A DNA stretch of 64,000 bases from Candidatus Bathyarchaeota archaeon (GTDB lineage: Archaea > Thermoproteota > Bathyarchaeia > Hecatellales > Hecatellaceae), in assembly GCA_052246995.1 (NCBI GenBank), contig JBQPWD010000001.1, positions 142,652-206,651 on the forward strand, given 5' to 3'. This document shows, piece by piece, positions 39,237 to 48,480 of this stretch. Made by a program: the position numbers and the translations under genes. The number at the start of each line of letters is the position of its first letter. Position 1 is the first letter of the stretch. The notes beneath the pieces were generated by a model that saw only the letters and a list, made by a program, of their open reading frames with translations, was not told the DNA's origin and did not search any database.

Positions 39237-39680
39237 TTGTCAACAGAACTAGAAGTTTCAAAAGAAGAAGCAGCAGTTATCTCCGCAGCTTTACTTGCAT
39301 ACTTAGGTAAACCTCCAGCTATTATTACACCAGCATTTACAGGCACCTCAAAAGAGGATGTTGAAAAAATAATCAAAGATTTTTATGTAAGGTTTAAGAA
39401 AGAACTGCTTGAGGAGTTAGAAGGTAGATTTAAAAAAATTGAAGACAGGTTTAACAATGTTGAAAAAAAGGTTAGTGCTCTCAAAGCAAGACTTGAAAAA
39501 GCCGTTGAAGAAGCCAAAATTGTAAAAAAGGCGGAAGTTGCAACAGTTAAGTCTTCATGGAGTCTTCCTTCAAGATACATGGGGCTTGATAGAAATCTTC
39601 TAAGATACGTTTCAAAATCTTCTTCCTTCTGGAGTTTTGTCAGTAAAATTGAAAAGCAGGTTTATCAAGCTAGAATATAA
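39237..39680 (+). CDS. Small decarboxylase-associated subunit (MmdD/OadG-like alpha-subunit-binding motif) with coiled-coil tail
   Basis: 147 aa. The N-terminal EEAAVISAALLAYLG matches the conserved AAI-AA motif of gamma/delta subunits. Confidence 0.45.
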   Translation: MSTELEVSKEEAAVISAALLAYLGKPPAIITPAFTGTSKEDVEKIIKDFYVRFKKELLEELEGRFKKIEDRFNNVEKKVSALKARLEKAVEEAKIVKKAEVATVKSSWSLPSRYMGLDRNLLRYVSKSSSFWSFVSKIEKQVYQARI

Positions 39681-39717
39681 GGTTTAAACTAGTAAATTTC
39701 ATGGTGGAGAGTAGTAA

Positions 39718-41199
39718 TTGGTTCAGATTCATGAATTAATCTTTAGGGATGCTCACCAATCACTACTTGCAACAAGGATGAGAACGGAAGACATGTTACC
39801 AATAGCACCACTAATAGACCAAGTTGGCTTCTTTTCTTTTGAAGTTTGGGGTGGCGCAACATTTGATTCATGCCTAAGATTTTTGGCTGAAGATCCTTGG
39901 GAGAGGCTTAGAAGATTAAAGGAAGCAATGCCTAACACTCCAATGCAGATGCTTGAAAGAGCAATGAACATTGTAGCTTATAGCAATTTTCCGGATGATA
40001 TTGTAATCAAGTTTATAGAACTAGCCTACAAAAATGGTTGCGATTACTTTAGAATATTTGATGCTGTAAACGACCTAAGGAATATGGAGACCCCAATAAA
40101 AACTGTTAAGAGAATAGGTGCTCATGCTCAAGGATGTTTATGCTACACTATAAGCCCTATACATACTGTGGACTACTATGTTGAAAACTTTAAAAAACTT
40201 GAGAAGATGGGCTGCGACTCGTTATGTATTAAAGATATGGCTGGAATAATTTCTCCCAAACGAGCATATGACATTATATGCCGATGTAAGGAGGAGGGAA
40301 TAAAGGTACCAATAGATCTTCACTCACATACAAGTAGCGGTATGACTATGATGAGTTATATGAGTGCATGCGATGCTGGGGTTGACATAATTGATTGTGC
40401 TATTTCAGCTATATCATGGGGAACAGGTCATCCTCCAACAGAATCCGTAGTTGCGGCATTACAGGGAACTCCCTATGATCCAGGGTACGACATGGAGCTT
40501 TTGATGGAGTGTAGAAAGTATTTTTTAAAGGTCTGGGAAAAGTATGCACATTTACATAGAGATGAAGCAAGAATAGCCGATCCCTCAGTTACAATGCACC
40601 AGATTCCTGGAGGTATGATGACTAACCTCATAGTTCAGCTTGAGCAACAAGGTGCAATAGATAGACTACCTGAAGTTTTAGTTGAAACTGCAAGAGTGCA
40701 AAGAGATTTTGGATGGCCTCCGCTGGTTACACCAACATCCCAGATTGTTGGAACTCAAGCTGTTTTAAATGTGCTTTTTGGCAGGTATAAAAGGGTTACA
40801 AAAGAAACCGTAGAATATGTTCGGGGAATGTACGGAAAACCTCCTGGAGAAATTTCTAAAGAAGTTTATGAGGCTATCCTAGGTAAGGATTGGCAGGATA
40901 AAATTATTACATGTAGACCTGCGGACCTGCTTAAACCAATGTATAAGAAGTGTAAGGAAGAGTTGGAGAGTAAAGGTTTTTCACCTAGAGAGGAAGACGT
41001 AATTTCCTACGCTATTTATCCACTACAGACCGAAAAGTTTCTGCGGGGTGAAGCTAAACCTGAGTTTACATCCGATGAGCTTCCACTAGTAACCGAGTTA
41101 AAAGGTAGAAGATACCTGATTAAGTATGCTGGTGAACAGTATGAAGTTGCAGTTAGGAAGCTGATAAGCCAAGAAAAGGAGAAGGCGAAGAAGGGGTGA
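39718..41199 (+). CDS. Oxaloacetate decarboxylase alpha / pyruvate carboxylase subunit B carboxyltransferase domain (HMGL-like TIM barrel), ends at an in-frame TGA
   Basis: 493 aa. IFRDAHQSLLATRMRTEDML, the metal-binding KDMAGI (carbamylated Lys region) and HSHTSSGM. It terminates at TGA 41197-41199, while the frame remains open into the next ORF. Confidence 0.8.
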   Translation: MVQIHELIFRDAHQSLLATRMRTEDMLPIAPLIDQVGFFSFEVWGGATFDSCLRFLAEDPWERLRRLKEAMPNTPMQMLERAMNIVAYSNFPDDIVIKFIELAYKNGCDYFRIFDAVNDLRNMETPIKTVKRIGAHAQGCLCYTISPIHTVDYYVENFKKLEKMGCDSLCIKDMAGIISPKRAYDIICRCKEEGIKVPIDLHSHTSSGMTMMSYMSACDAGVDIIDCAISAISWGTGHPPTESVVAALQGTPYDPGYDMELLMECRKYFLKVWEKYAHLHRDEARIADPSVTMHQIPGGMMTNLIVQLEQQGAIDRLPEVLVETARVQRDFGWPPLVTPTSQIVGTQAVLNVLFGRYKRVTKETVEYVRGMYGKPPGEISKEVYEAILGKDWQDKIITCRPADLLKPMYKKCKEELESKGFSPREEDVISYAIYPLQTEKFLRGEAKPEFTSDELPLVTELKGRRYLIKYAGEQYEVAVRKLISQEKEKAKKG

Positions 41200-41364
41200 C
41201 GGAAAATAGGCTTAGGGAAGAGGAAGTTTAAGCTTCTCTCAGGCTTAAAGGAGTATACTGTTGAAGTTGAGGAGGCTGACAGTAAAGGTGAAGAGGTTAA
41301 GCTTCCTTCTCAAGTCGTTGACGAAATAAACCTTATCATAGGAAGGGATAGTTATAGTTTTAAA

Positions 41365-41673
41365 GTGCAGGAGGTTTTAGAACACCTACCCGCTTCCACT
41401 ACAACCTTAACAGTTGAGGCTGCTAAAATTAAACCCGAGGAAAAGGTTGAAGTTGTTGAGGGAACACCTGTTAAAGCTCCTATGCGTGGAACAATAGTAA
41501 AAATTCATGTTAAAGTTGGTGATAAGGTAAGTAAAGGTCAACCTGTCTTTGCATTGGAAGCTATGAAAATGGAAAACATAATAGAGGCCCCGGTTGATGG
41601 TATAGTTAAACAAATTTATGTTTCAATTGGAAAATCTGTTGCAACAGGTGAAGTTTTAGCTGTAATAGGATAA
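41365..41673 (+). CDS. Biotinyl domain (BCCP), the in-frame continuation of the oadA-like gene
   Basis: 102 aa with VFALEAMKMENIIEAP. In the same frame as 39718..41199, with no stop between 41200 and 41364. That linker encodes KEYTVEVEE...GEEVKL, the conserved pre-biotinyl strand segment. Confidence 0.75.
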   Translation: MQEVLEHLPASTTTLTVEAAKIKPEEKVEVVEGTPVKAPMRGTIVKIHVKVGDKVSKGQPVFALEAMKMENIIEAPVDGIVKQIYVSIGKSVATGEVLAVIG

Positions 41674-41701
41674 ATTAATTGACAATTTAAATAAGTAGGG
41701 G

Positions 41702-41911
41702 GTGTTAAGTTTAATGTTAAATTTAGAAAGTTTAAGGTTTTATTGCCGTAGGTGTAAAAAACTTGTACCTGTATATGAAGGGTATAGAGAGGAGAAAGTT
41801 TTCCCTGAATTAAAACCACAATTTAACATTGTAACATGGTGTTGTAAGGAATGTCACTCACCAATAATAGAGGTTTCAGAGTTTAGTAAGGAAAAAATCG
41901 GAGGAGCGTGA
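41702..41911 (+). CDS. Small Zn-ribbon protein
   Basis: 69 aa with CRRC and CCKEC pairs. Ends in TGA, overlapping the GTG start of the next ORF. Confidence 0.4.
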   Translation: MLSLMLNLESLRFYCRRCKKLVPVYEGYREEKVFPELKPQFNIVTWCCKECHSPIIEVSEFSKEKIGGA

Positions 41912-42279
41912 GTTTCATGCCTGAAAGAATAATCCAAAGGTCAAGAGGTTTCGCACCTGACATCTACTTTATCCTAACCTTCGACACGAAAAAACAGTTC
42001 AACGTTAAAAAGGGATGTAAAGTTGAATGTACGCTTGTAAAAGCTTTAGATTCTAGTGGAAATGTTGTTCAGGAGCTAAATCGTAAGGTTATCTGCGAAG
42101 TTAAGGTTAGGGATGGGTGGATTCATGTTCCTCCTAACATAATTCAGGAGTTAAATCTTCCTGGAAGAGAGTACTACGAAATAATCGTTGAAAAACTTGT
42201 CTCTCCCAGTGGAGTCGAAGTTGAAATTTACCCTGGCACCATGGTTGAGAAAGAAATAAAAATACCTATTAAAAAGTAG
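41908..42279 (+). CDS. Hypothetical protein, possibly a tandem AbrB/MazE-like swapped-hairpin fold
   Basis: 123 aa. KVRDGWIHVPPNIIQELNLPGREYYEIIVEK resembles SpoVT/AbrB-type segments. This is a weak call. Confidence 0.3.
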   Translation: MSFMPERIIQRSRGFAPDIYFILTFDTKKQFNVKKGCKVECTLVKALDSSGNVVQELNRKVICEVKVRDGWIHVPPNIIQELNLPGREYYEIIVEKLVSPSGVEVEIYPGTMVEKEIKIPIKK

Positions 42280-42296
42280 TTTTACGAAAAATAGCA

Positions 42297-43682
42297 CTAG
42301 CTTAACCATCCTATAACTTTAACGTCCTCAACAACAATCCAAGGTGAAACAAGAAAACCAATTTTTCTAACATCCTTTCCAACACACGTAGCTTTCCTTA
42401 AAACATCGTAAATGTTTCCTGAGATCATTACTCCCCTAACTGGATACCGGATTTCTCCATCCCTAATATACCATGCAGGTGTTGCTACGGTGGAAAACTC
42501 TCCACTCTCAGGGTTACTACTATGAGCTCCTTGAAGATTTTGAATAAGTAAGCCATTTTTTACCTCATTTAAAAGTTCGTCTTTAGAATATTTTCCAGGC
42601 TGAATTATAAGGTTTGTAGGTTCTATTTTTAATGTTGAAGCGTAGGATGGATAAGGAACTCGATAAGCGTTACCTGTACTTTCTTTTCCTTCCTTGTCTG
42701 CGTGATACTTGTCGTAAATAAACCCTCTTAAAACACCTTTTTCAATTAAAACAGTCTTCTGGCTTGGGGTTCCTTCATCATCAAAACTCCATGTTCTAAG
42801 ACCATCCTCCAATAAACCATCATCAAAAAATGTTAGATTTTCTGATGCTACTTGCTCTCCAACTCTACCTTTTAAAGCAGACCTACCTCTTTGAACATTA
42901 TCAGCTTTTAAGGAGTTAACTAACGTATAAGTTAAAAGCTCAAGTAAGACAGGTTGCATAAGCACAACACTATAGTTTCCAGTTTCGATTTTTCTTGAAC
43001 CTAAAGCTGAAACAGCCATTTTAGCTGATTCTTTCCCAACTTTTTCAGGGTCTATGTTGTAACTTCTACTTCCATCAAACTCAAAACATATAGGTGTAGT
43101 CTCATTGTTCTTTGCAATTGTTGTTAAAGAACAGCTTATACCTGTTCCTTCCTCTAAAAAGGAGACCCCGTTAGAGTTTGCAATAGCTCTTACAATCTTT
43201 ACTTTTCCAGTATATCCTTTAACAACCATAACTCTTTTATCTGTTTCCAATGCCGCGTTAATCATTAGAAAAGCGTTCTTTACAATCTCTTCCGTTGAAG
43301 TTTCATCAACTTTTTTATCGTAAATACCTCTAACCTTTAAAAGTTGTTTAGGATGGGAAAAACCTGTCCAATCATCGGTAGGTTTAACGGTTTTTGCTAC
43401 ATGAAATGCTTTTTTAATAACTTCCCCAATTTTTTCCTTCTTTAAAACGTTTGTGTACGAAAACCCTAAACTTTTATTGTAGGAAACTCTTACACAAAAA
43501 CCCTCGTCAACACTATTAACAGCTTTAACAATTTTTCCACGTTCAACCTCAACATAAACTGTAGACGTTTGACTTAAGTATACTTCAACATCTTTAACTC
43601 CAAGCTTTAAAGCTTCTTTAACAACTTTTTCTCCAAAATCTAAAAGCTTTAGATCATTTTCCACCAACTTGAATCTCACCAA
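42297..43682 (-). CDS. tldE: TldE/PmbA-family metalloprotease subunit
   Basis: 461 aa with TldD/PmbA-fold conservation and no HExxxH motif. Overlaps tldD by 29 nt. Confidence 0.75.
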   Translation of the reverse strand: MVRFKLVENDLKLLDFGEKVVKEALKLGVKDVEVYLSQTSTVYVEVERGKIVKAVNSVDEGFCVRVSYNKSLGFSYTNVLKKEKIGEVIKKAFHVAKTVKPTDDWTGFSHPKQLLKVRGIYDKKVDETSTEEIVKNAFLMINAALETDKRVMVVKGYTGKVKIVRAIANSNGVSFLEEGTGISCSLTTIAKNNETTPICFEFDGSRSYNIDPEKVGKESAKMAVSALGSRKIETGNYSVVLMQPVLLELLTYTLVNSLKADNVQRGRSALKGRVGEQVASENLTFFDDGLLEDGLRTWSFDDEGTPSQKTVLIEKGVLRGFIYDKYHADKEGKESTGNAYRVPYPSYASTLKIEPTNLIIQPGKYSKDELLNEVKNGLLIQNLQGAHSSNPESGEFSTVATPAWYIRDGEIRYPVRGVMISGNIYDVLRKATCVGKDVRKIGFLVSPWIVVEDVKVIGWLS

Positions 43683-45033
43683 CTCTTAATGGAGGTCCAC
43701 CGTCACAAACAAATGCTGTTTGGCCTTTACCGCATCTTCCAGGCCAAAGTTTAACCTCCTTACCTATTGCCTCAACCTTCATCAAAGTTTCCAGTGTGTT
43801 TCCACTTATTGAAAGATTTCTAACTGGTTTACCTATTTTTCCATTTACAACCTCATAGGCTTCTTGAACACCAACTTGAAATGTACCATCAAGATTTGCT
43901 TCTCCTCCACGAAAAGCTTTAAGGTAGTATCCAAACTTTATAGTTTCAAAAAGTTCATCAAAATTATAGTTTCCAGCCTTAATGTACGTGTTTCTCATCC
44001 TAACTATTGGAGTGTAACGAAAGTTTTCAGCTCTAGCATTTCCAGTAGGCTTTGCATTAAACTTTTTTGCTGTTTCACGGTTGTGCATAAGATTGATGAC
44101 AACTCCATCTTTAACCAGGACCGTTTTCTGGCTTGGAACACCTTCATCATCATACCTAAATGAACCAAAAGCTCCTTCAACAGTGCCATCGTCAATTATT
44201 GTTACAAGTTTTGAAGCAACCTGCTTGCCAACCATGTTAAGTATAACTGAGCCTGCCAATGTTAAGTCAGCTTCAGCTAAATGTCCAAAAGCTTCATGAG
44301 CAAAAACTCCAACAACATTTGAATCTAAAACTACTGGAAATATGCCGCCTTTAGCAGTCTTAGCTTTAAACTGTTTTTTGATTCTTTCAGAAATTTCTTC
44401 TGCAACCTTTTCTGGCGGGTTTTTACTGAAAATCGTAAAACCGTCAGTTACCCCATACTCATCACTTGCGGAAGCATAAACTCCGTTTTCAACTCCTGTT
44501 GCGTAAACTCTAAACCAAACATGCACATTTTCTTCGCAGATGCTGGATCCCTCACTGTTAACGTACAATTTTACCTTTTCCATGTCAATGTAGTCAATAG
44601 TGCAGCTTTTAAGATGTGGTGTCATCTTAAACAGGTTTTTATCAATATCTAGCAAGTTTTTAGCTTTATCTTCAAATGTAACATCCCTAAGATTTACTTT
44701 TTGATTGGACTTAACTTTATCTTTTACAGGTTTAACTTCAGCAAGCTCAACTTTCTCGTTTACCTTCTCACTTAAAGCTGAAGCAAGCTTATAAGCCGAC
44801 CTAACCTCATCAAAAATTGAGAATTTATCTGCTTTGCACGTTGACGCCACTCCCCAAGCACCTTTAACAAGAACTCTAATATTTACCCCCGTCTCAGATC
44901 CTTCTTTAACGCTCTCAATTTTACCGTCTTTAACTATGATGGCGGTTTTAAGCATGTTTTCAAATCGTATGTCAATATAATCCGATCCAAGCTTATCTCC
45001 TAACAAAATAGCATTAGCTAAAACATCCTCCAT
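43654..45033 (-). CDS. tldD: TldD-family zinc metalloprotease
   Basis: 459 aa. VFAHEAFGHLAEADL contains the HExxxH-type motif of TldD. Confidence 0.8.
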   Translation of the reverse strand: MEDVLANAILLGDKLGSDYIDIRFENMLKTAIIVKDGKIESVKEGSETGVNIRVLVKGAWGVASTCKADKFSIFDEVRSAYKLASALSEKVNEKVELAEVKPVKDKVKSNQKVNLRDVTFEDKAKNLLDIDKNLFKMTPHLKSCTIDYIDMEKVKLYVNSEGSSICEENVHVWFRVYATGVENGVYASASDEYGVTDGFTIFSKNPPEKVAEEISERIKKQFKAKTAKGGIFPVVLDSNVVGVFAHEAFGHLAEADLTLAGSVILNMVGKQVASKLVTIIDDGTVEGAFGSFRYDDEGVPSQKTVLVKDGVVINLMHNRETAKKFNAKPTGNARAENFRYTPIVRMRNTYIKAGNYNFDELFETIKFGYYLKAFRGGEANLDGTFQVGVQEAYEVVNGKIGKPVRNLSISGNTLETLMKVEAIGKEVKLWPGRCGKGQTAFVCDGGPPLRVGEIQVGGK

Positions 45034-45044
45034 TTTTCTCTCGC

Positions 45045-46421
45045 CTAAGAAAACTTTTTTATTGTTTCTTTAACTTCATCCATAATCTTTTGTTTAATAT
45101 TGTTTAGCCTCTCCTTGTTTACTGCTTCAAAACGTAAAACAAGCGCTGGTTCTGTATTTGAAGCCCTAACAAGCCCCCATCCATCTTCAAATTCAACTCT
45201 AACTCCGTCAATTGTTATAATTCTTAATCCTTCTTTCTTAAACTTTGTTTTTAAAAAGTCTACAACCTTAAATTTCTTCTCATCAGCACAAGTAATTCTT
45301 ATTTCTGGTGAGGTGTAATACCTTGGAAATCTCTCCAACAACTGAGAGAATGTTTTACCTGACTTTGAAAGAATTTCTGCAAGCTTTAAAGCAGCAAAAA
45401 CTCCATCATCAAATCCATAGTAATCTTTCCCAAAGTAGTAGTGTCCACTAACTTCTCCAGCCAACGAAGCGTTTTCTTTTATTAATGTTTCATGGATGTA
45501 GGAATGTCCAACTCTAGTCATTAATGGTTTTCCTTTAAACATTTCGATAACTTCTAAAAGAGCTTTTGAGCCTAAAACATTAAAAACTATTTTAGAATTT
45601 GGGTAGCGTTTAAGGCTTTCCTCGACAAAAAGCATAAATGCTAAATCTCCTTCTACAACTTTACCAGTTTCATCAACAAAACCAACTCTGTCCCCATCTC
45701 CATCAAAAGCTATGCCCACGTCAGCTTTTTCCTTAACAACCTCTTCGCATAAGACTTTAAGAGTTTCGCTTTTTAATGGATCAGGAATGTGGTTTGGAAA
45801 TCTACCGTCAGGTTCTTCAAACAAAACTTTAGCTTCACAACCCATTTCCTCAAATATTTTTCCAACAAATCCACACGTCCCGTTTCCAGCATCAACAACA
45901 ACTTTTAACTTTTTTTCAATCTTAATTATTTTTCTTACATATTCCAAATAGTCTGGAATTATGTTTTGACCTCCTATACTTCCAACCCTATCCCAGCTGA
46001 CAATCTTAAAGTTTTTAGAGTTAAATGTTTCTTCAACGTTTCCTATACCTGTCTCATAAGAGTATGCCACCCCTCCTTTACAAAGCTTAAAACCATTATA
46101 CTCTGGAGGGTTGTGTGATGCTGTAACCATAACACCTGCTTTTACACCATAGTGTATGGTTGAAAAGTATAGTAAAGGGGTTGGTACAAGCCCAACCTCT
46201 GTACACTTATGGCCTGTAGCTGCAACCCCCGCGCTAATACAGCTTTTTAGTGCCGGACTACTAAGCCGTGAATCCCATCCAACGGTAACTTCAATATTCT
46301 CTTCAATGATGCTTCCGAATGCTAAACCAATGTTTAGGGCAGTATCCAGCGTTAACTCTTTACCATAAACTCCCCGTATATCGTAGGCTCTGAAAATCCA
46401 CGTCAACCTTAAAACCTCCAA
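45045..46421 (-). CDS. Phosphoglucomutase/phosphomannomutase (alpha-D-phosphohexomutase family)
   Basis: 458 aa. The active-site TASHNPPEYNGFK (phospho-Ser), the metal-binding FDGDGDR and the sugar-binding GEVSGH. Confidence 0.85.
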   Translation of the reverse strand: MEVLRLTWIFRAYDIRGVYGKELTLDTALNIGLAFGSIIEENIEVTVGWDSRLSSPALKSCISAGVAATGHKCTEVGLVPTPLLYFSTIHYGVKAGVMVTASHNPPEYNGFKLCKGGVAYSYETGIGNVEETFNSKNFKIVSWDRVGSIGGQNIIPDYLEYVRKIIKIEKKLKVVVDAGNGTCGFVGKIFEEMGCEAKVLFEEPDGRFPNHIPDPLKSETLKVLCEEVVKEKADVGIAFDGDGDRVGFVDETGKVVEGDLAFMLFVEESLKRYPNSKIVFNVLGSKALLEVIEMFKGKPLMTRVGHSYIHETLIKENASLAGEVSGHYYFGKDYYGFDDGVFAALKLAEILSKSGKTFSQLLERFPRYYTSPEIRITCADEKKFKVVDFLKTKFKKEGLRIITIDGVRVEFEDGWGLVRASNTEPALVLRFEAVNKERLNNIKQKIMDEVKETIKKFS

Positions 46422-46465
46422 CGTGTAGCCCTAAATCGTATGGTTGTATGTTCGAATAAGATTTT

Positions 46466-47098
46466 TTATCCCTCCATTCTATAGTTTCCCGTAAACTTTA
46501 ATTTTTCGTAGTCTTCGTTGTTAATCATGCCTTTTTTAACAAGAGCCTTAAAGATCTCACTTACACTTATAAAGCTAAAAAGCGTTATCCCTTTATGCCT
46601 CAATTTTTCCAATCCTCCTTCTTCCCTATCAACTAGGACTAATGCATAATTTACCTTGCCACCTTCACCTTCAATGCTTTCAGCAGCCTCGGTAAGGCTT
46701 TTTCCTGTTGTTACAAGGTCATCAACTAAAAGAACGTTATCTCCTCTCTTTAGAATACCTTCAAGCTTTCTTTCTCTACCCCAGCTTTTTTCTTCTTTTC
46801 TAACATATATCAACGGTTTTCTCAGCTTATATGCCAATGTTGAAGCATAGACAAGTCCTGATGTTGGTATCCCAGCAACAACATCAAATTTTTCCAACCC
46901 TATTTCCCTAGCCTTTACTAGATATGCATTAATAAATCTACGGAAAACTCTTGGGTAGCTTGGTGCAACTCTAAGGTCTATGTAGTAGAAGCTTTCTTTT
47001 CCACTTGTAAGCTTAAATTTACCAAATTTTAATGCCTCTATTTTAAGAAGGTCTTCAATAAATTTATCCTTAATCTTATCAGAGGACATCCAACTCAA
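46466..47098 (-). CDS. pyrE: Orotate phosphoribosyltransferase
   Basis: 210 aa. The N-terminal FGKFKLTSGKESFYYID and the PRPP-binding VLLVDDLVTTGKSL. Confidence 0.75.
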   Translation of the reverse strand: MSWMSSDKIKDKFIEDLLKIEALKFGKFKLTSGKESFYYIDLRVAPSYPRVFRRFINAYLVKAREIGLEKFDVVAGIPTSGLVYASTLAYKLRKPLIYVRKEEKSWGRERKLEGILKRGDNVLLVDDLVTTGKSLTEAAESIEGEGGKVNYALVLVDREEGGLEKLRHKGITLFSFISVSEIFKALVKKGMINNEDYEKLKFTGNYRMEG

Positions 47099-47205
47099 CT
47101 CAAGCTTTAAACTTTTAAAATGGTTATTTTTACTTGTTTTAAAGTAAAGCTTTTTTGGCTTAAATATATAGTTTTTAAGGATTAACCTTCAAGGAGAAGA
47201 ACTTT

Positions 47206-48480
47206 ATGGTTGAGGTTTGGCTTCCATACGGAGAGAGCGAGGTCTGCCTAACTATCCCCCCAGAAAATCTTTTGGAAGTTGTTGAGCCAAGAACCCTTCC
47301 AAACCCTTTAGAAAATCTCTTTGAAGAGATTGGAAAGGCGTTAGAAAACCCTTTAGGGTCATCTGCCTTAAAAAACGTTATAAAACCTGGTTGTAGAGTT
47401 TCTATTGTTGTTGATAAAGATTTGCTTGGTGGAATTGGAAGCGTTATTGTTTCTAGAATGTACGGTGAACTAAAAAGTTGCGGCATTGAAAACTCGAATA
47501 TAAGCATATTTATCGGGGATGTTTTAGGAGAGAGGGTAGAGAATGATCCTAGAAAATTTCTTTCCAATATTCCTAATGATGTTTGTATCAAGTTGAATAA
47601 TCCTTATGCCGAGGATAACTTTATCAAAATTGGCTTAACAAGCAATAAAACAAGTATCTATATTGATAAGGACTTTTTAAACTCGGATGTTAAGATTCTT
47701 GTTGGAAAGATTGGTTTAAACTCTTATGCAGGTTTTAGTGGTGGAAGGCAGACAATTCTTGCTGTTTCAAGTATAAAAACAATTCAACAAAACTATGCTT
47801 TATCCATTAACCCGTTTGCCAAGGTTGGTTTGCTGGATAAAAATCCTGTACACCTAGATTTAGCTGAAATTGTTAAAATGTGTAAGGTGGATTTTGTTTT
47901 TGATGTAGTAGAGTATAATGGTAAGCTTTTAAAGGTTTTTCATGGTAAGGTTGATGATGCATTCTATGAGGGTGTAAACTATGTTAAATCTTTATTTGAT
48001 TATCCTCTTAAGAATAAAGCTGATATTGCCGTAGCAAGTGTTGGTGGCTATCCAAACGATAAAACACTCCATAGTGCACAGGAATTCTTTCACAACGTTT
48101 CAGATGTTGTAAAGGAGTCTGGGGTGATAATTTTTGCTGTTGAGTGTTCACAGGGATTCGGAGATAAGAATCTTTACAAATGGATGTTTGAAGTTAAGGG
48201 TATGGATGTTAAAGAGTTGAGAGAGGTTGCAAGGAAGGAGTTTATTAAAGGGCTGCATAAAGTTTTCCAGTTAAAAGTTTTAACAGAAAAGTTTAAGGTT
48301 ATTGTTGTTTCAGCTTTGCCGCCTCTTTTAACATCTGAAATTTTTAAATTTAGGGTTGCAGACTCAGTTAACGATGCATTGGAAATGGCTTTTAGAATGG
48401 TTGGAAAAGGATCTAAAGTTATTGTTTTTCGTGATATATCAAAGGTTTTACCTTCTTTTTCACCTACCACAACACAATAG
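47206..48480 (+). CDS. larA: LarA-family protein (nickel-pincer-nucleotide-dependent racemase/epimerase homologue; DUF2088 N-terminal domain)
   Basis: 424 aa. The N-terminal VWLPYGESEV... and the central AGFSGGRQ match the LarA GFSGG box, although the residue preceding it (NSY) differs from the usual His context. Confidence 0.65.
   Translation: MVEVWLPYGESEVCLTIPPENLLEVVEPRTLPNPLENLFEEIGKALENPLGSSALKNVIKPGCRVSIVVDKDLLGGIGSVIVSRMYGELKSCGIENSNISIFIGDVLGERVENDPRKFLSNIPNDVCIKLNNPYAEDNFIKIGLTSNKTSIYIDKDFLNSDVKILVGKIGLNSYAGFSGGRQTILAVSSIKTIQQNYALSINPFAKVGLLDKNPVHLDLAEIVKMCKVDFVFDVVEYNGKLLKVFHGKVDDAFYEGVNYVKSLFDYPLKNKADIAVASVGGYPNDKTLHSAQEFFHNVSDVVKESGVIIFAVECSQGFGDKNLYKWMFEVKGMDVKELREVARKEFIKGLHKVFQLKVLTEKFKVIVVSALPPLLTSEIFKFRVADSVNDALEMAFRMVGKGSKVIVFRDISKVLPSFSPTTTQ

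Noticed and set aside
39718-41673. Selenocysteine or genome-wide UGA reassignment as the explanation for the in-frame TGA in oadA
   Set aside because: The codon lies in a poorly conserved linker, not at a catalytic position. TGA plainly functions as a stop for icd (3062) and the Zn-ribbon ORF (41911). Long ORFs (MCM, ArgRS, Hel308) are uninterrupted under the standard code, so TGA is not a general sense codon here.
47175-47591. 138 aa minus-strand ORF overlapping the pyrE/larA region
   Set aside because: It overlaps the 5' end of the well-supported LarA homologue, is S/P/T-rich and has no motifs. It is an overlapping shadow frame.
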